DNA from: Hydrolagus colliei | Lineage: Eukaryota | Direction of reading: 5' to 3' | DNA length: 64,000 nt | NCBI GenBank assembly: GCA_035084275.1 | Contig: CM068743.1 | Span: 115,506,001 to 115,570,000, forward strand | Shown: positions 49,001 through 62,327 of the stretch, piece by piece | Layout: every line of letters starts with the position of its first letter | Position numbering within the stretch: position 1 is the stretch's first letter | The notes under the pieces: generated by a model | The model's database searches: none | Told to the model about the DNA's origin: nothing | The model's input: the letters and a program-made list of their open reading frames with translations, nothing else | Program-made: the position numbers and the translations under genes

Positions 49001-51529
49001 CTAGCTTCTGAGTTGTATTTAGAACCTGTCACTGTTGAGTTATCAGAAACATTTTTGCCTTGCATCAAGTTTTTTTTTAAAAAAAGGAACACACACACAG
49101 ACATTGCACACATGCACAAAAATAATGTTAGCTGGGTCCCGAGTTGCCAAGTTAAGTCACCATGAAAAGTCACTTGGCAAGTTAAGTCCTCTATCTCTGT
49201 GACTTGTCTTAGATTTGTATTGAATTCTATATCTTTAAATATCAGATAGCAAATGGAATACTGAAAATCCAATGGAGATTTAATCAAAAAATCGAGTACA
49301 ATTGAAAGTGGCAGCATCCTTTTTTCCACTGATCTGCTTGTCAATTTCAGATAGACGCAATAAAATAAGGTGATTTAGAAGTAAAACCATTACTGACTAA
49401 AATGGCTTTAATAAAATTAAATAACTTTTAGAGGAAATGTAGAGAGAAATCACTCTCCAAAACCTCAAACTGTAAACGAAGGACAACATACTTTTTTATA
49501 AACATCACTTCAGACCTGTACAAGACACAGGAAATGACTTCTGCAACATTAAAATGTTTTGCAAATTGAGTGCCTGGAACCTACTCCCTAAACACATCCA
49601 GAAGGGCAAGGAGAAAAGGCCCACAGATCAGAGAAAACGCATAGTGTGTGTTAACATTTGAAGTGTCATTAAAACAGGTTTTTTGAACATTACATTATTG
49701 CATCATGTTCAGTATTCAGCAGCTGTACATGTGACCAGTTTAAACAGATCAGACTAGCTGTGAAACTGAAACACCACAGACTGCACACAAGGCTAGTTCT
49801 ATGTCAAACCTTCCTTACAAAACAAACTCAAATTGGGGTCACTATGAACCAAACTCGATTGGTGCAGTTGCAGGAGTGGCCACTGATAGGAATTAAAAAC
49901 TGTTTGAAGTGATCCTTGGCTCTGGAAATCAGAAAACACTTGTACACGAGTGATCAAACTTGGTTCAGATGCAATGTACAGAAATAAATTTGATCTTGGT
50001 GTGTTTCATGGTGAAATAGAATATGCATTAAATAATATCAAATTACCAAGTAGCACTGTTTTGGATAGGAGAGATGTTAGATCATATTCGATCCCTATCT
50101 CCTTTTCAAAGGTTTGTACAAATCATTTCCACAACTAGACTGACTATTGTGGCATGAGCAGGGCAATTTTACTCTCCTGTAACACGGTGTAACCCAGTTT
50201 TTACTATTTAGACAGTAAATTTAATTTAGAACAACTACACATCTGACATCAAACCAACCTGGGAGCAGCCTTTTAAACAGGGTGCACTGCACCCAAACAG
50301 AAACCAGACCACATTTTGGCACCAGTCTGAATTACCTCCACGAACTGAACTAAAACAGCTTGAAACTAATCCAGTGGGAAAAGATATAGCCGTTTGTATG
50401 TAAGCTGATTCCAGGCTGGTGCCGAGCTAAAATAGGACCTTAACCACAAGAACTGAACAATCTGATGTTTGGAGTGAATGACAAGATCGTACAAATGGGA
50501 AACAAAACTCATGACTTCCTGAGAAGAATCAAGAAAAATGGAGCACACAGTGAATAATAGCTGGACGGAGATAGAGAATGGAGGATTCAAAAAGTCTTAT
50601 TTAAGAAATATGGAAGTGGCAGCACAATTTGAGGATCACAGTTGTCAAATAGAGGAAATAAGTACATGACTATGAGCATAAGATGAAAACGATGGCAGAA
50701 AATAACAACAATTTACATTTATATTGCATTGGGAGGATGTCTGTCAAGACATTTTACACAACTGATGAGGAACTCGAACAAGATCAAACACACAAGCACG
50801 AATAATAGCGTGGATATACACAACAGCACTTTTAACATTATGAATAGACAGTGGGAAAGAACACCAGAGATCAGTAATAATATTCCAAGGACATAATGAA
50901 CTCACGCAGCACAAATTATGCTCACAAGCTGTATTAAATAGTATTTTGCCTAATATTACTTTCCAGCTAACCATGTTCAATTGCAAGGTCAAAAGCACAA
51001 ATATGTTTAAAACAAAGTTTAAAACAATTGCTTGAATAACAAAAACATGTTGGATAATAGCACAGCAACAGTGGTTACCTCTGCAGTGACGGAGTCAGCT
51101 TTGAAGATGGAGCAGATATCTAAGAGAACCTAATTTGTTGAGAGAAGAACATATCTTGCAAATTTCATTCATTAGTTCTGCAGAAATAAGAACTAAATGT
51201 AACGAAAGTGAAATCTGGAGTAAATATTCTCAGGAAGTCATCTCTTTGTGGACACATGAATGCATGTAAACAAAGGCAAAGGTCAGGCAGTTTACAACCA
51301 TCATCTCCACCCCACACTTAGATTACTAATAATCTCAATCATCAATTGCATTCAGGATTTGGTGTAAGAAATGTTTCTGTTTTTTCCCTCTACCTTGTAG
51401 TTCAGCTTGGATCAAGCGTTTTGATGCCACTACCAAATAGAGGTTATTATTATTATATTTGACATAGTGCTTTCATGTAATTAGGAGGACTGATTAACGT
51501 AGAGTGACTATTTTAGAAAATGAATAATA

Positions 51530-51767
51530 NNNNNNNNNNNNNNNNNNNNNNNNNNNNNNNNNNNNNNNNNNNNNNNNNNNNNNNNNNNNNNNNNNNNNNN
51601 NNNNNNNNNNNNNNNNNNNNNNNNNNNNNNNNNNNNNNNNNNNNNNNNNNNNNNNNNNNNNNNNNNNNNNNNNNNNNNNNNNNNNNNNNNNNNNNNNNNN
51701 NNNNNNNNNNNNNNNNNNNNNNNNNNNNNNNNNNNNNNNNNNNNNNNNNNNNNNNNNNNNNNNNNNN
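51530..51767. other. Assembly gap (238 N)
   Basis: Run of N. Confidence 1.
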
Positions 51768-51789
51768 CAGAGATTACTGTGAACTAGAG

Positions 51790-52130
51790 GGTATGCATAT
51801 TTGACGGAAAGCCCAGTGGAAAAATTGCGCACGGCAAAATGTCCCACAAACAGGCATGAAATCAGTTAACTTTTTTTTATTTGGATTGTTGGCCAGGACA
51901 AGAGAGGAAACTCCTTTTGCTTTTCCAGTCATGCCATGGGATTTTTAATGTCCTCCTAGATAGGTAGATAGGACCTTGGTTTAATATCTCATCCAAAGAA
52001 CTGCACTTTCTACAATACAATACACCCCCAGCGTTGCAATGGAGTATCAGTTTATTTGAGTTCAAGTCCCAACTTGGGATTTGAACCCCCAACCTTCTGA
52101 CCTAAAGGCAAGAGTGAGCCAAGCTGGCAC
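51790..52130 (-). mobile_element. Deu-domain SINE relic
   Basis: gttggccaggac...gccatgggatttttaatgtcc...ggtttaatatctcatccaaaga...gatttgaacccccaaccttctgacc. Confidence 0.8.
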
Positions 52131-53324
52131 ATGCGAATGCGAACAAGTTGTGATGGATACTAGCAGCCATGAACTGATGTGTGATCACATCCTAATCACA
52201 ACAACAACAACAACTTGCATTTATGTTGCACCCTTCATGTGAGGTGACATGTTAGAGTACTTTCCCATGTCAACTAGAGTGTGCTCATTGCCACATAAAT
52301 GGCAGAGAACGAGAACAAATATTATGCAAAGAAAGATCAACAGGGAAAAGACTACAATAATATGATTTCACCAAGTGGCTCAAGTGATATTATACATTAA
52401 GACACCAAAACTATGGTTGCGTATTCTCAGTGCAAATTTTCACCTAGTTTTAGCCGGGAAGACCATTTTCACCTGAAAGTTAAGATCAAACAGAATTGTA
52501 CAAAATTCATAAGTTTAAATTTTTGCTCGGAAGCCTTTTTTTTTCCAAATTCTTAAAAAGATCCGAATGGCAAGTTAAGTTTGAATTTTAAAAAAATATT
52601 CCGCAATTCTTCCTAATTTAAAATTTCAAGATAACATTCTTTTATAGGCAAAGACTGTGTGGAGTTTGGGAATCTCTGGTTCCAGAGATGAGATTACTTT
52701 GTTATAATCACTTCTAGTTAAATCAAGCAGTGTTAACCTGAATGGTAGAAATAACAACTGACCTGCTGCTGTGTGGAAGCCACTATTTTCAGCTACAGGT
52801 GCCATGATTGATATTAGAAGCGGGATGCTCCATTCTGGCTAAAGGATAATGATGGTCACACTGAATGGTTGCCTGTGGTGGAAAACATAGTCTACAGAGA
52901 AATAACACCACTCACTTCAGATGTTACAAGCACTTCCGTGAAAGCACAGCTCTGCATATACATAAGATCAAATGAAGAGATTATATCCTATAGGGTTTAA
53001 CAAACATTTTGACTTACTCCCATTTTATTGAGCTAACTTGCTAAGAAATGTATTTCACTACTACAGAGTGCAAAGAAAAAATCTCTGCTGGTAGCACAGT
53101 GCATGAAATGCCTGTCTGCAGGTGTCATATGCTGTTTCACTATGAACAAGAGTTGAATTTCCCCTCCCCCACCATTCCCACCCTGTATACACACACACAC
53201 ACACATATTTCAGGTTGGGGTGAAATGAAACCTTAGGCACATTTCCTTGCTTCATACGCTTCTAATTTTCTAACAGTAAGTAGGAATCCAGTTGTGAGTC
53301 TATCAGTGGATCACTTTCCAGGGG

Positions 53325-53512
53325 TAACAATCTCTCCAAAAAAAAATGGTCACAAATCCACAACTGTTTGTGAGACTGCTGTATGCAATTGGCTGCCACA
53401 CTTTGACCACAAAAACACAAGTCAATCCACTTTATAGTATATCCTGTGGAGTGCTTTGAGACGTCTCAATGATGTGATAATGCGCTCTATCAAATTGCAA
53501 GGATTATTATTT
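53325..53512 (+). mobile_element. SINE family A, 3' portion
   Basis: ccacaactgtttgtgagactgctgtatgcaattggctgccac...ttgcaaggattattatt. Confidence 0.8.
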
Positions 53513-56228
53513 GCAAGGATTATTACATGCACAAACATACTGTGTTGGTTAATCATTCTGATAGCAGCCAGCCAAGAACTGAAGCCAGGCAGCCAAAATC
53601 CTGTAAGTAGCAAAACAAACATGTGAATAACAAGATGAGAAATAATTATTAACTTGTTTTTATTAGAACTATACAAACATCATTGTTCAAATGACTATTT
53701 AACGACATGAGTTCAACTTTGATGACTGATCCGAAGGCCACTCCATTCAGTTATAACCTTGATTCAATTATATTAAATTCCATTGTATTTTTGCTTTTTT
53801 TTAAACAGTACTTTAGAGAATATTTGGAGTGTGGTCACCACTGAGATCATCTTGTGATTGGTGCCCACAGATTGTGCTTCTCCCAGCCACCTCACTACAC
53901 GGATCAGAGAAGCAGTTCCCTGGAATTTGATCCTGGCGCACACCAAATGGGAACGCCTTGTTTCGGGATCAAACTGACTTTCAGACAGTTTGAAGCTTTA
54001 AAACGGGAGCACTATACACACAACATTGCGAGCTTTAAAGCGGCAGCACGATGAAGTCAAACATATCTGGTTATTGGTGGGGAATGGAATCGAAGTTGCA
54101 GCTTCATGGGAGTCCATGGGAAGCAGCTGTCCCACAATGTGGAAAACTGGAGCTCGGGAGCTGACAGTAAGAACACAATCCCAAACTATACATGATCCAG
54201 ACACCCTGCGCCGCCCGGGGACCGTGCGCACGTTATGAACTCGGGAATTTCGTGAGGTACAGGTCGAGCACTCGAGAAACCAGATGAGCTATCCCTCACT
54301 GTCATCAGGACACGTGAGACCACCGACCGCAATGGCAAAGTGTTTCTCACACATTTCAGCACCTTCTCACCGGGACTCGCAACAGGCTCACGCTGGAGTG
54401 TTAACCAATGCCTTAATAGGTCCATTTAAAGCGCATAACTTCACACCACCAGCAACGCTACATTTAAACGGGTGTGTGGACACACAAAAGCATTCTTACT
54501 ACCTGTACTCGATTGTAAATCCTACACCGCGTTTGCTTGTAAGAACATACAGAATTTGCATGTGCAAATGTAATAAAGCAATGTAAAGCAAAGAGGTGTT
54601 AGGTGTGGTCCCGAATTGAAAGAGATCATCGCTGCAATGCTAAGACGTGTCCACCTTGATTATTTTAGCTCTTTTAAAGAGTCGCAGCTTTTCTGTAGTC
54701 ATTATTAAGGGACCTTTTAAACACACACACACACACACTTTTACGCTGCGTTCAGTGTGGACGCCCTCCTACTTGTTTTGAAACGGAATAGGCTTTGAAA
54801 TTACATCGGAGGTGGCAGTTTTCAAGCGATTTCAGATAAATCGCGGAAATAGTGTTTGACTAGATTGTGGCAACTCGAAGATCCGCCGAGAGTTGTTTGC
54901 GTGAAGTGTTCGCCAAGATGTCAGATAAGATCCACCGAGTGAGTGCGTGTTATTTATACAACCCCCACCCCCCCACCTGTCAGACCAGGCACACAGAGCA
55001 GCGGCTTGGGTTTGCGGGATAGTGTGCAGAGCTCGCCAACCGGGTCAGAATATTTATTAAGGGTGTGCACCTGCACCCACACAACCCCCCCCCCCCCCCA
55101 TAGCTGTTTCACTTGCTACTGAAATCTAAACTCGCCTTGTACAAAACAGCCGCCGTTTAATCATTTGTACCATTGGAAGAGGTCGCTGGATAAACGTGGT
55201 GGTAAATGGGAGGGCGGGGAGTCCACACATTGTACAGAATCGCTTCGCTTGCTTTCTGTTGCTTCTAAACAAACGGAGCCGGTTATTCAAGGCGTTTGGG
55301 GAATGTTCAACTCTCTGCAACTTGGGAGTTCAAGCAGACAGAAATGCAGGTCATCCTCTAACAATCCTTTCCTTCTTTAAAATGAATGTCTCGGTAAGAA
55401 CAATCGGAACGACAATATAGATATATAGATATATATAGTATATATACTGTATATATATCTTTAGAATAAAGAGGATGAATTGCGCTCAATAGTTAGCCAG
55501 CGCCCCATCTTACAATGTAAGAAAGTCCTTCTTTCGGAGGAACAGAGAGGCAGTGAGGGCCATGCGTGGGTGATAGGACACGTTGCTAAACAAATGAATG
55601 TGGCTTTACTGATGTAATCAATCGGAAATCAAACTTTAAATCATAACCATATCCCCGGGATCATTGGGAACCGATCAAGGTGTCACCGCACTAACAGAGC
55701 CTGGAGAGACGTGAGAAGCGGTGAATCCAAATCCACCTGCCAAGACAGGCCACTTGCACCTATCCTGCATCCACAGCAATGACCTACAAATAAAGAAAAA
55801 CAAGTTATACATTGCAAACCCGAGACGGGGTACTCTTTCAAGAATCAATTAACGCGCGTTTAATTTTCCGTCTTATGCCAGACCAACCTCTGACCATCCA
55901 ATTCCTCTCCTTATTCCACAGTGCTGGCACTCACTCAGGCAGGTGTGTGATAGTGTGGGCGGGGTGGTGGTGGTGGAGGTGTGGGGGGGGGGGGGGGGGG
56001 GTGTAGGATTGCAAACGAATACCGAGAACTTTAGGTTGGAACACATCAGCCCAGTGCCAATTAAAATAACTGGTCCAATCTAAAAAAAACAAAGGCATCT
56101 TTGAAATGCAAAGTGAAGGGGAGAAATGTTCCAAAGCGAAATGCTAATTATCTCACCACAACTCACCCAGCTTAATTGGCTGGTAACCCTACGCTGGGAT
56201 GGCATCCGCCTCTTGCCAAAGACTCGTT

Positions 56229-56268
56229 TGGATGCGTTTGGATCTATTTCATGATCCAAACGCATCCA
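56229..56268. repeat. Perfect 16-bp inverted repeat with an 8-nt spacer
   Basis: TGGATGCGTTTGGATC-tatttcat-GATCCAAACGCATCCA. Confidence 0.95.
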
Positions 56269-58854
56269 TACCATTTGTTATATTGCGTGCTGTATAATGG
56301 CTAAGTACTGATTCCTACATATATATATAGAATTGATAAAGAATTGATTAAACACAAGGACACGATGATGTTTGACAGATAACAAACCACACCACTACGT
56401 CTCCTGGGCTGTAGAGATGTGTCCTGAGTCCTGAACCACTCAAAATTGTTTTTTTTTAACAGATGTCGCGAGTTTGGGAAAGGTCAGTCTTTCTCTCCAG
56501 TCACCTCAACTGGATACATGCAAAATGTTCCACTCACTGCTATACAATCGATTGATTTATTTACCCTGACTTTCACTTTAACTCCTGTTAAAGAGAGTAG
56601 AAGAGACGCTTTTTTATATTTAAAAAAATCGAAGTTACATTAGTACATTTTAATATCTTACTTCGATATCTCTGAACATGTTCTCTCTGCTTTGGTGCAC
56701 TGTTGGCTGAACGGGGTAAAGGCTGCGGGGCACCATGGGGCACACTGGCTTGAATAGGCTACCAACCCTGAAAATGCCAGCGAGCTGAACTATTGCACAG
56801 TGCTTGCTGAATGCCCCCAGGTTAATAACTCTATCCCTGTTAGTCATGTAGCTTCCCGAAAACTGCCCGCATACTATTTCTTCCACCCGTGTTATTCCCA
56901 CCACTCACTGTTTCAACAGTGTCCTCGTCTTTTTTTAAAAAAATAACAGAACAAAAAGTGAAACAACTATAATTCTTTGCAACTGCTATTTTTTTAATAT
57001 TTTTAATTCTTTACCAACTGTGCACCCTTTATTTTGATACGAGTACAAAGACAACCATACTCTTTGGGGAAGCGTGGCTAGCTTTTCAAATAATAAATGA
57101 TTTAGCATAAAATATTTAATTGGAACTAAGCAGATGTTGACTCCAGTCTTCTAACTTGATTATACCTTAGACACGTTAGGCAAGCATTAATGATTGATAA
57201 TGGCGCTAATTAACCCTAACCCTCCCCATAAACACACGCAGTGCTAAAAGACAACGGTGAGCCAACACGTTTTCACACAGTCATGAAGCCTAGCACAAAT
57301 TTATACAGGAGAGAATCACTCATCTCACCAAAAGCACAGTAGTTGAAAAACAAACCACACCACGGTTCTTATCAGTGGCAATCCTTTGCTTTGAACTTTC
57401 GTACTTGTGGATTGTCACAATAACTGGATGATTCTTGCTGTTTAATTCAACAAGATTCGTTGGTTTACAAAGCTTGGTTCATTACTGTCCACACGATGCA
57501 GCACTATAATACCAGATGAGGACATCATTTTAAATAAAGGTTAATTGGGATTTAACAATATTATTTTCAAGGTCAGAAGAAACAATGTCACTTATGGACA
57601 GGCTAAATTGTTCACAATCGGAAATTGTTAGAAACGGTTGTCCATTAACATCAATTTCGTACGATTAGGGCACAGCCAGGGACCAAAACTCAAATCAACA
57701 AGATAAAGACACTTTCAAAGTGACACCATCTCCACTCATAAGCATTTCCTTGGAACTTTTAGAAACTTTGTCACATTTTAAAATATAAAAAAATAAGTTG
57801 CTGAGAATATCACAGTTGTTTGAAAACGCTACAAGCAATACAGTCAACTCAAGGTCAACGTAAAAATGTCAGTTTGTTAAGCTATACAAGCTCCACAAAT
57901 ACTTAAATCCACGTTTTTATCAACTGTATGCTATTTGAAATTAATATATTTTCCAAGGTTTTACATCTCCAGTCTGACACCGCATTTGGTATTCAATAAA
58001 TGTGCTTTGATGTTCCAAAATGGGCTTGCGTCTATTCCCTGTATAAATAGCAGACTTGTAATGCTGTTTATGAATGCCATTGTGCCCGAGGTAAGTACAG
58101 TATCCCACACACACTCTGAGATCTAGCCAAGAAAAACAGCCCTAATAGACAACGCTTCACCTCACCTGCTAGCAATGAGCATTTCATTTATGTCAAAAGC
58201 ATACACAGACTGGTTTACCGGGCTCAGAATTTTCAGATGCATAATCTAGTCAAATCAACTTTCATTTGACAAAGATTAATTAAACGTTTCAGTTCAATAC
58301 CGCCCAAACCATACCGCTGTTAACAGAAAGAAAAAAAAATACCCCCTTATCTTAAAAGCGTATTCCATGTTGGAGCTGGGAGCATTATTGTCTGTATGGC
58401 GTGTACGTTACTGAATTCACGAATCATACAGCCTATGGAATGTAATATAAAAGCGGTAATGTCGCATCCTAATCTTATTGCTTTAAATCTATTCAAAGCA
58501 CCAAACCAAAAAAACTCTTGTACAATATATTGCAACATCCTGTACATAATATTTCTGAGAACGTTTCCTGGCCTCTCGCGGAAACCACTTGAACATAATT
58601 AATGTGTTAACATTTCTTGTTATTTTGCAACAAAAAATGACTAATGAGGAAGCAGAGCTGTTAAAGAGTTAACAAAACACGACATTTGGTAACCGCAGTA
58701 TCATGAAAATCTGCGAGGTTTGTTTAGTGACTTGTCACATCATTAGGTACATTATTTCACGACACTGAGGACCTTATTCTCCTTTTTCTCCCTGTTTTAT
58801 CATTTATTTTGATTATGGCTCGATAACCCACCAGAACGAGCCTGCTCAACTCGT

Positions 58855-60091
58855 AACTTGAAAGTTCAAGTTTTTATTATACTTGAGGGAAACAATGGGT
58901 TCAGCTGCTTATTGCAGGGGAGCAATTGTCAAGGGAGAGTTAAACCCAATTACTGCAACCATACTGAAGGGCTGGAGGAAAATACTGCCAAGTAAAAATA
59001 CGCCTGGGCAAAGACAGCCACTGAATAAAAAAAATCGACATAAAGCGTATCAAATATTTATTTATCTGGGCAACAAAGGGCTATGATACATCGACAGGCA
59101 TGTAAACTATTGCCAACACAACTCTATATAATACAGCTAAAAACTGCTTCCAATTTGGCCAGCGGACATACAAGATATCAGGTCGTCCCAAATGCTGTCA
59201 GTTCAACAATAAAATACTAAACCGTTCTATAGACAATATCAGTTTATTGCTCTGGCTCTTCGGTAGGGAAAGAGGCATGGTGTCAGATAATTTCTTTGTC
59301 ACAACACATGGGATATTTTAAAACACAAAACATTGCAGATGTTTCTTTTTTAATTATTATTTTTTTATTCAGGGTTCTGTCTTGTTATAAACTAAATTCG
59401 ATGTTTATCATATAAAAACTCTTTTTTTTTCTCCTCTTTTGGATTTGTTCAACTGCTTGTCATCACAACATGCTACAGAGGGCTAAAATGTGTCTCCCAG
59501 AGTTTACCCAATACCTTTCTAAATAAGTACCATAAAATCACGGAAAGAACTAACTGATGAAGATTAAAACCCACTAACAGGAGGTAAACGATATCACCAG
59601 ATAAATAAAATAAAGGTTTAAACAGACGCACCATATTTACAATTCCCATTAAATTACACATAAATAAATATATACATACATGGACACTGTTTCCCTTATT
59701 AAACCGTGAACTGGGTTGAAATAAATGTTCAAGTTTGACCGTTACCTTAGAGGATTTTTGTTTCTACAACGAAGTTTAGGACAGAGGAACTGTTCAAGTT
59801 TATTCACAATACTGATAAAATGTATCCTCGTTACCTTCTTTAAAATGATTGTGACTACAATCCTAACAGAGATAAATAACGGGATATGTCAACCAGGGTG
59901 CAGTCCGATGAAGCTTTAACTTGGTTAAAAAGTTCAGCAACTGTTTTGTTTTGCCAAAAGCAGTTCAAAATTCTTCATCGCCTGCTCTGCTCTCTAAGGC
60001 TCCAGACTCCAGGTTGAAGGGAAACAGTCACACCTATATGACATTTTTTTTTAATTTTTTTTATATGAAATTGTAGTTTTGTTTATTTCCA
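58855..60091 (-). other. TFAP2A: TFAP2A 3' UTR (end approximate)
   Basis: Repeat-free AU-rich sequence after the stop codon, with AATAAA on the minus strand at 59243-59248, 59057-59062 and 58873-58878. Confidence 0.65.
58873..58878 (-). terminator. Candidate distal polyadenylation signal AATAAA of TFAP2A
   Basis: Plus strand tttatt at 58873-58878, about 1.2 kb after the stop. Alternative signals exist, so actual usage is unproven. Confidence 0.45.
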
Positions 60092-60383
60092 TTACTTTCT
60101 GTGCTTCTCGTCCTTGTCTCCGCTTTTACTGGGGTTTTCGCCCGTGTGGCTGTTGGGAGTATTGTTCATGTACATTTTGTCCATGGCTTTGAGTGCTTCG
60201 GTCAGATAGTTCTGGAGGGCGGTCATGGCAGCACAAAGAGCTGGACTCCCGAAGCCGTGTGTGATGAGACTGAAGTGAGTGAGGCAACTCTGGATGCCAG
60301 GCTCCAAGATCGGCGCTGGTCGAGAATTCCCCAAAGGCGATCTGTCCTGAGTCAGCAAGTCTGTAAATTCTTTGCAGATTTGT
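60092..60383 (-). CDS. TFAP2A: Transcription factor AP-2 alpha, last coding exon (helix-span-helix dimerisation domain and C-terminus)
   Basis: Minus strand reads (K)[71 protein letters not shown]...DKDEKHRK*. Acceptor tttttttcag ends at 60384, the TAA stop is at 60092-60094, and the phase matches the upstream exon (AA|A = Lys). Confidence 0.95.
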
Positions 60384-61207
60384 CTGAAAAAAAATCAAAG
60401 ATAACACAGTTGGGAAGTTTAAGCAGCTGCATATTTCCAAGAGAGAGAGAAAAAAAAAATCTATCCCCCCCCCCCCCCCACCCTCCCCTTTTGTATAAAG
60501 TTGACTTCCTGATTTTTTCAGTCTTTCTGATTAACCATGAAGCAGACGCGCAGTTAACAAGTGGTTAACCTGTGATCAGCTCAAAAGCGTTTTGTTCCTC
60601 TCCAAATATTTCATTTAACACAGTTTAGTTCACCTTGAAAAAGACAGCACCCCCCCCCCCCCCCCCCCCAACCCCATATCAACTCTCTAACATGTTGGAC
60701 AACTTTAGAGAGCACTCATCTGTTTCCAGTGAGGGTGACACGTTAGTGTCCCGAAATGGGAGTAGATGGAAAAATAAATCGATCCAAACCATCTGACTGA
60801 AACATATTTATTCCGAGTTATTTGTAGGTGAATGTTATTTGCTCTGGTTGCACGCGTTGTCATGTGTACTAGTCCCATCATACCCTGGCAAGTGTAAGCT
60901 CCATCTTTGCTCCTATTCAATCAATCTCAGGCAAGAACTCATAAAGACTTAAATACTTTTTTTTGCGTTATTAACATCTACACTAGGCAAACTGTGTTTG
61001 TTTCCCTCAACGACAGAGGGCATATATGTCAAGACGAGTTCCCCCCGCGAATATCAGTAAGTAAAATGGATCAGAGTGTGGCTATTCATTTAGTAATGTC
61101 AAGCAGGTACAGCTAACATTTAAGAAGAGCCTGTGTTGTGTTCAGACAGCGATGTTGGTATCCTTAACATGATTCAGGATGGGCCTAACAATTCAACATA
61201 TAGCGCA

Positions 61208-61272
61208 CACAACAACAACAACATTGCTTTTAGAAAGAGCCTTTCACGTCGGGAGGACGTCCCAAGGCGCTG
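61208..61272 (-). mobile_element. Short L2 3' tail inside the last TFAP2A intron
   Basis: caacaacaacaacattgcttttagaaagagcctttcacgtcgggaggacgtcccaaggcgctg. Confidence 0.8.
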
Positions 61273-61495
61273 AGACACATTGAGACAGTAGTACACTGAA
61301 GGATTGTAACGAAACGCCCTGCCCTGTAACTGGCACCTACCTAAACACTTATTGCAAAAGGGCTTAAAGCAATAGTTACTAACCCTTTCACCCGCTCACC
61401 AGAAAATGCCTACTCAGGAACGCATGTAGAAACTCAATGAATGTGCCTAAGTATGTGTAACCATGTAAAATGGAAATAATGTCAATATTTATTTC

Positions 61496-61573
61496 TGTGT
61501 GTGTCTGTGTAACACTGTGTGTGTGTGTGTGTGTGCATGTGTGGTGTGTGTGTGCGTGTGTGTGGAGGTGTGT
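61496..61573. repeat. Imperfect (GT)n microsatellite
   Basis: Directly visible. Confidence 0.9.
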
Positions 61574-62327
61574 TTGTATATACTGTACATATGAAATTCA
61601 ATCGTATTTGGAAAGTCCATAAAACATGTCAAATGTAATGTGTAGAAGCAGGCAGTTGTGCATTTCTGTCAGGATGTATATTTCAACCCACTAACCCTCC
61701 CCTCCCCTCCCCTATCCACTACCAGGCCATTGGGTGACATTCGGATTCTTAATCAAAGATTAGCAAACAACCCCCTGGAAAATTCCCTCAACAGTAGGTT
61801 AGTTACTCTCCACGTTGCCCATTTCATCTGAGGCGACCCCACCATCCCCATTGCCAACTATCCCCCCCCCCCCCCCCCCCCCCACTCCCCCGTTCACTAA
61901 CTGCCGGAAAAACATGATGGGTTAAAGAATTTCCTGCGACAATGTGACCTCACCGAGTGACGGTGTCTGTACCCTGTGACAGTCAGCGGGCTGCATGTAA
62001 GTGAGGCAGCGCAGCTATTGATTGAAACCATGTGATAACATGAACAGTAATAACACGAGCTAACCGGGTGTGAATCACATCAATAATATCCCAGATTACC
62101 AACCTAGGGTTTTTACCTCAACACAGCTGAACTCTTACCATCACACATCTGCGAGCAGTTTTAAGAACTTCAATTGCCGGGTCTATGAATATGCAGACAA
62201 GCCTAATGTGAAACTGTCGCACACAAGCAGGTTGTGGTAAACATGCAACATCCCGGGTTGTCAAATTTCGGTTTCAAAAACATTCATTTCAAGTCTACTT
62301 TTTGATATTAAAACAAGAGGGACTCAC

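Larger units (their letters stand above)
60384..62327 (-). other. TFAP2A: Last intron of TFAP2A (GT-AG, 1944 bp)
   Basis: Lies between the donor gtgagt and acceptor ttttcag of the two in-phase exons. Confidence 0.9.

Noticed and set aside
48700-49344. Longest ORF in the track (214 aa)
   Set aside because: Non-ATG start, no recognisable domain, and it crosses low-complexity A/T and CA runs; better explained as non-coding regulatory DNA.
50340-50700. Purine-rich stretch resembling a decayed transposon ORF
   Set aside because: Multiple stops and no motif I can name; needs tBLASTx against repeat proteins.
50762-50779. CTGATGAG-gaa-CTCGAAC hammerhead-like motif
   Set aside because: GAAC instead of the required GAAA, a minimal stem II and no supporting stems I/III; probably chance.
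51494-51847. ORFs spanning the N run
   Set aside because: Artefacts of the assembly gap.
1-58000. Exons of a neighbouring gene or lncRNA in the gene desert (e.g. OFCC1 by mammalian synteny)
   Set aside because: No segment translated to a protein I recognise, and non-coding exons cannot be called without transcript data.
60101-60568. 155-aa plus-strand ORF and 104-aa alternative minus-frame ORF
   Set aside because: Antisense and off-frame shadows of the TFAP2A last exon.
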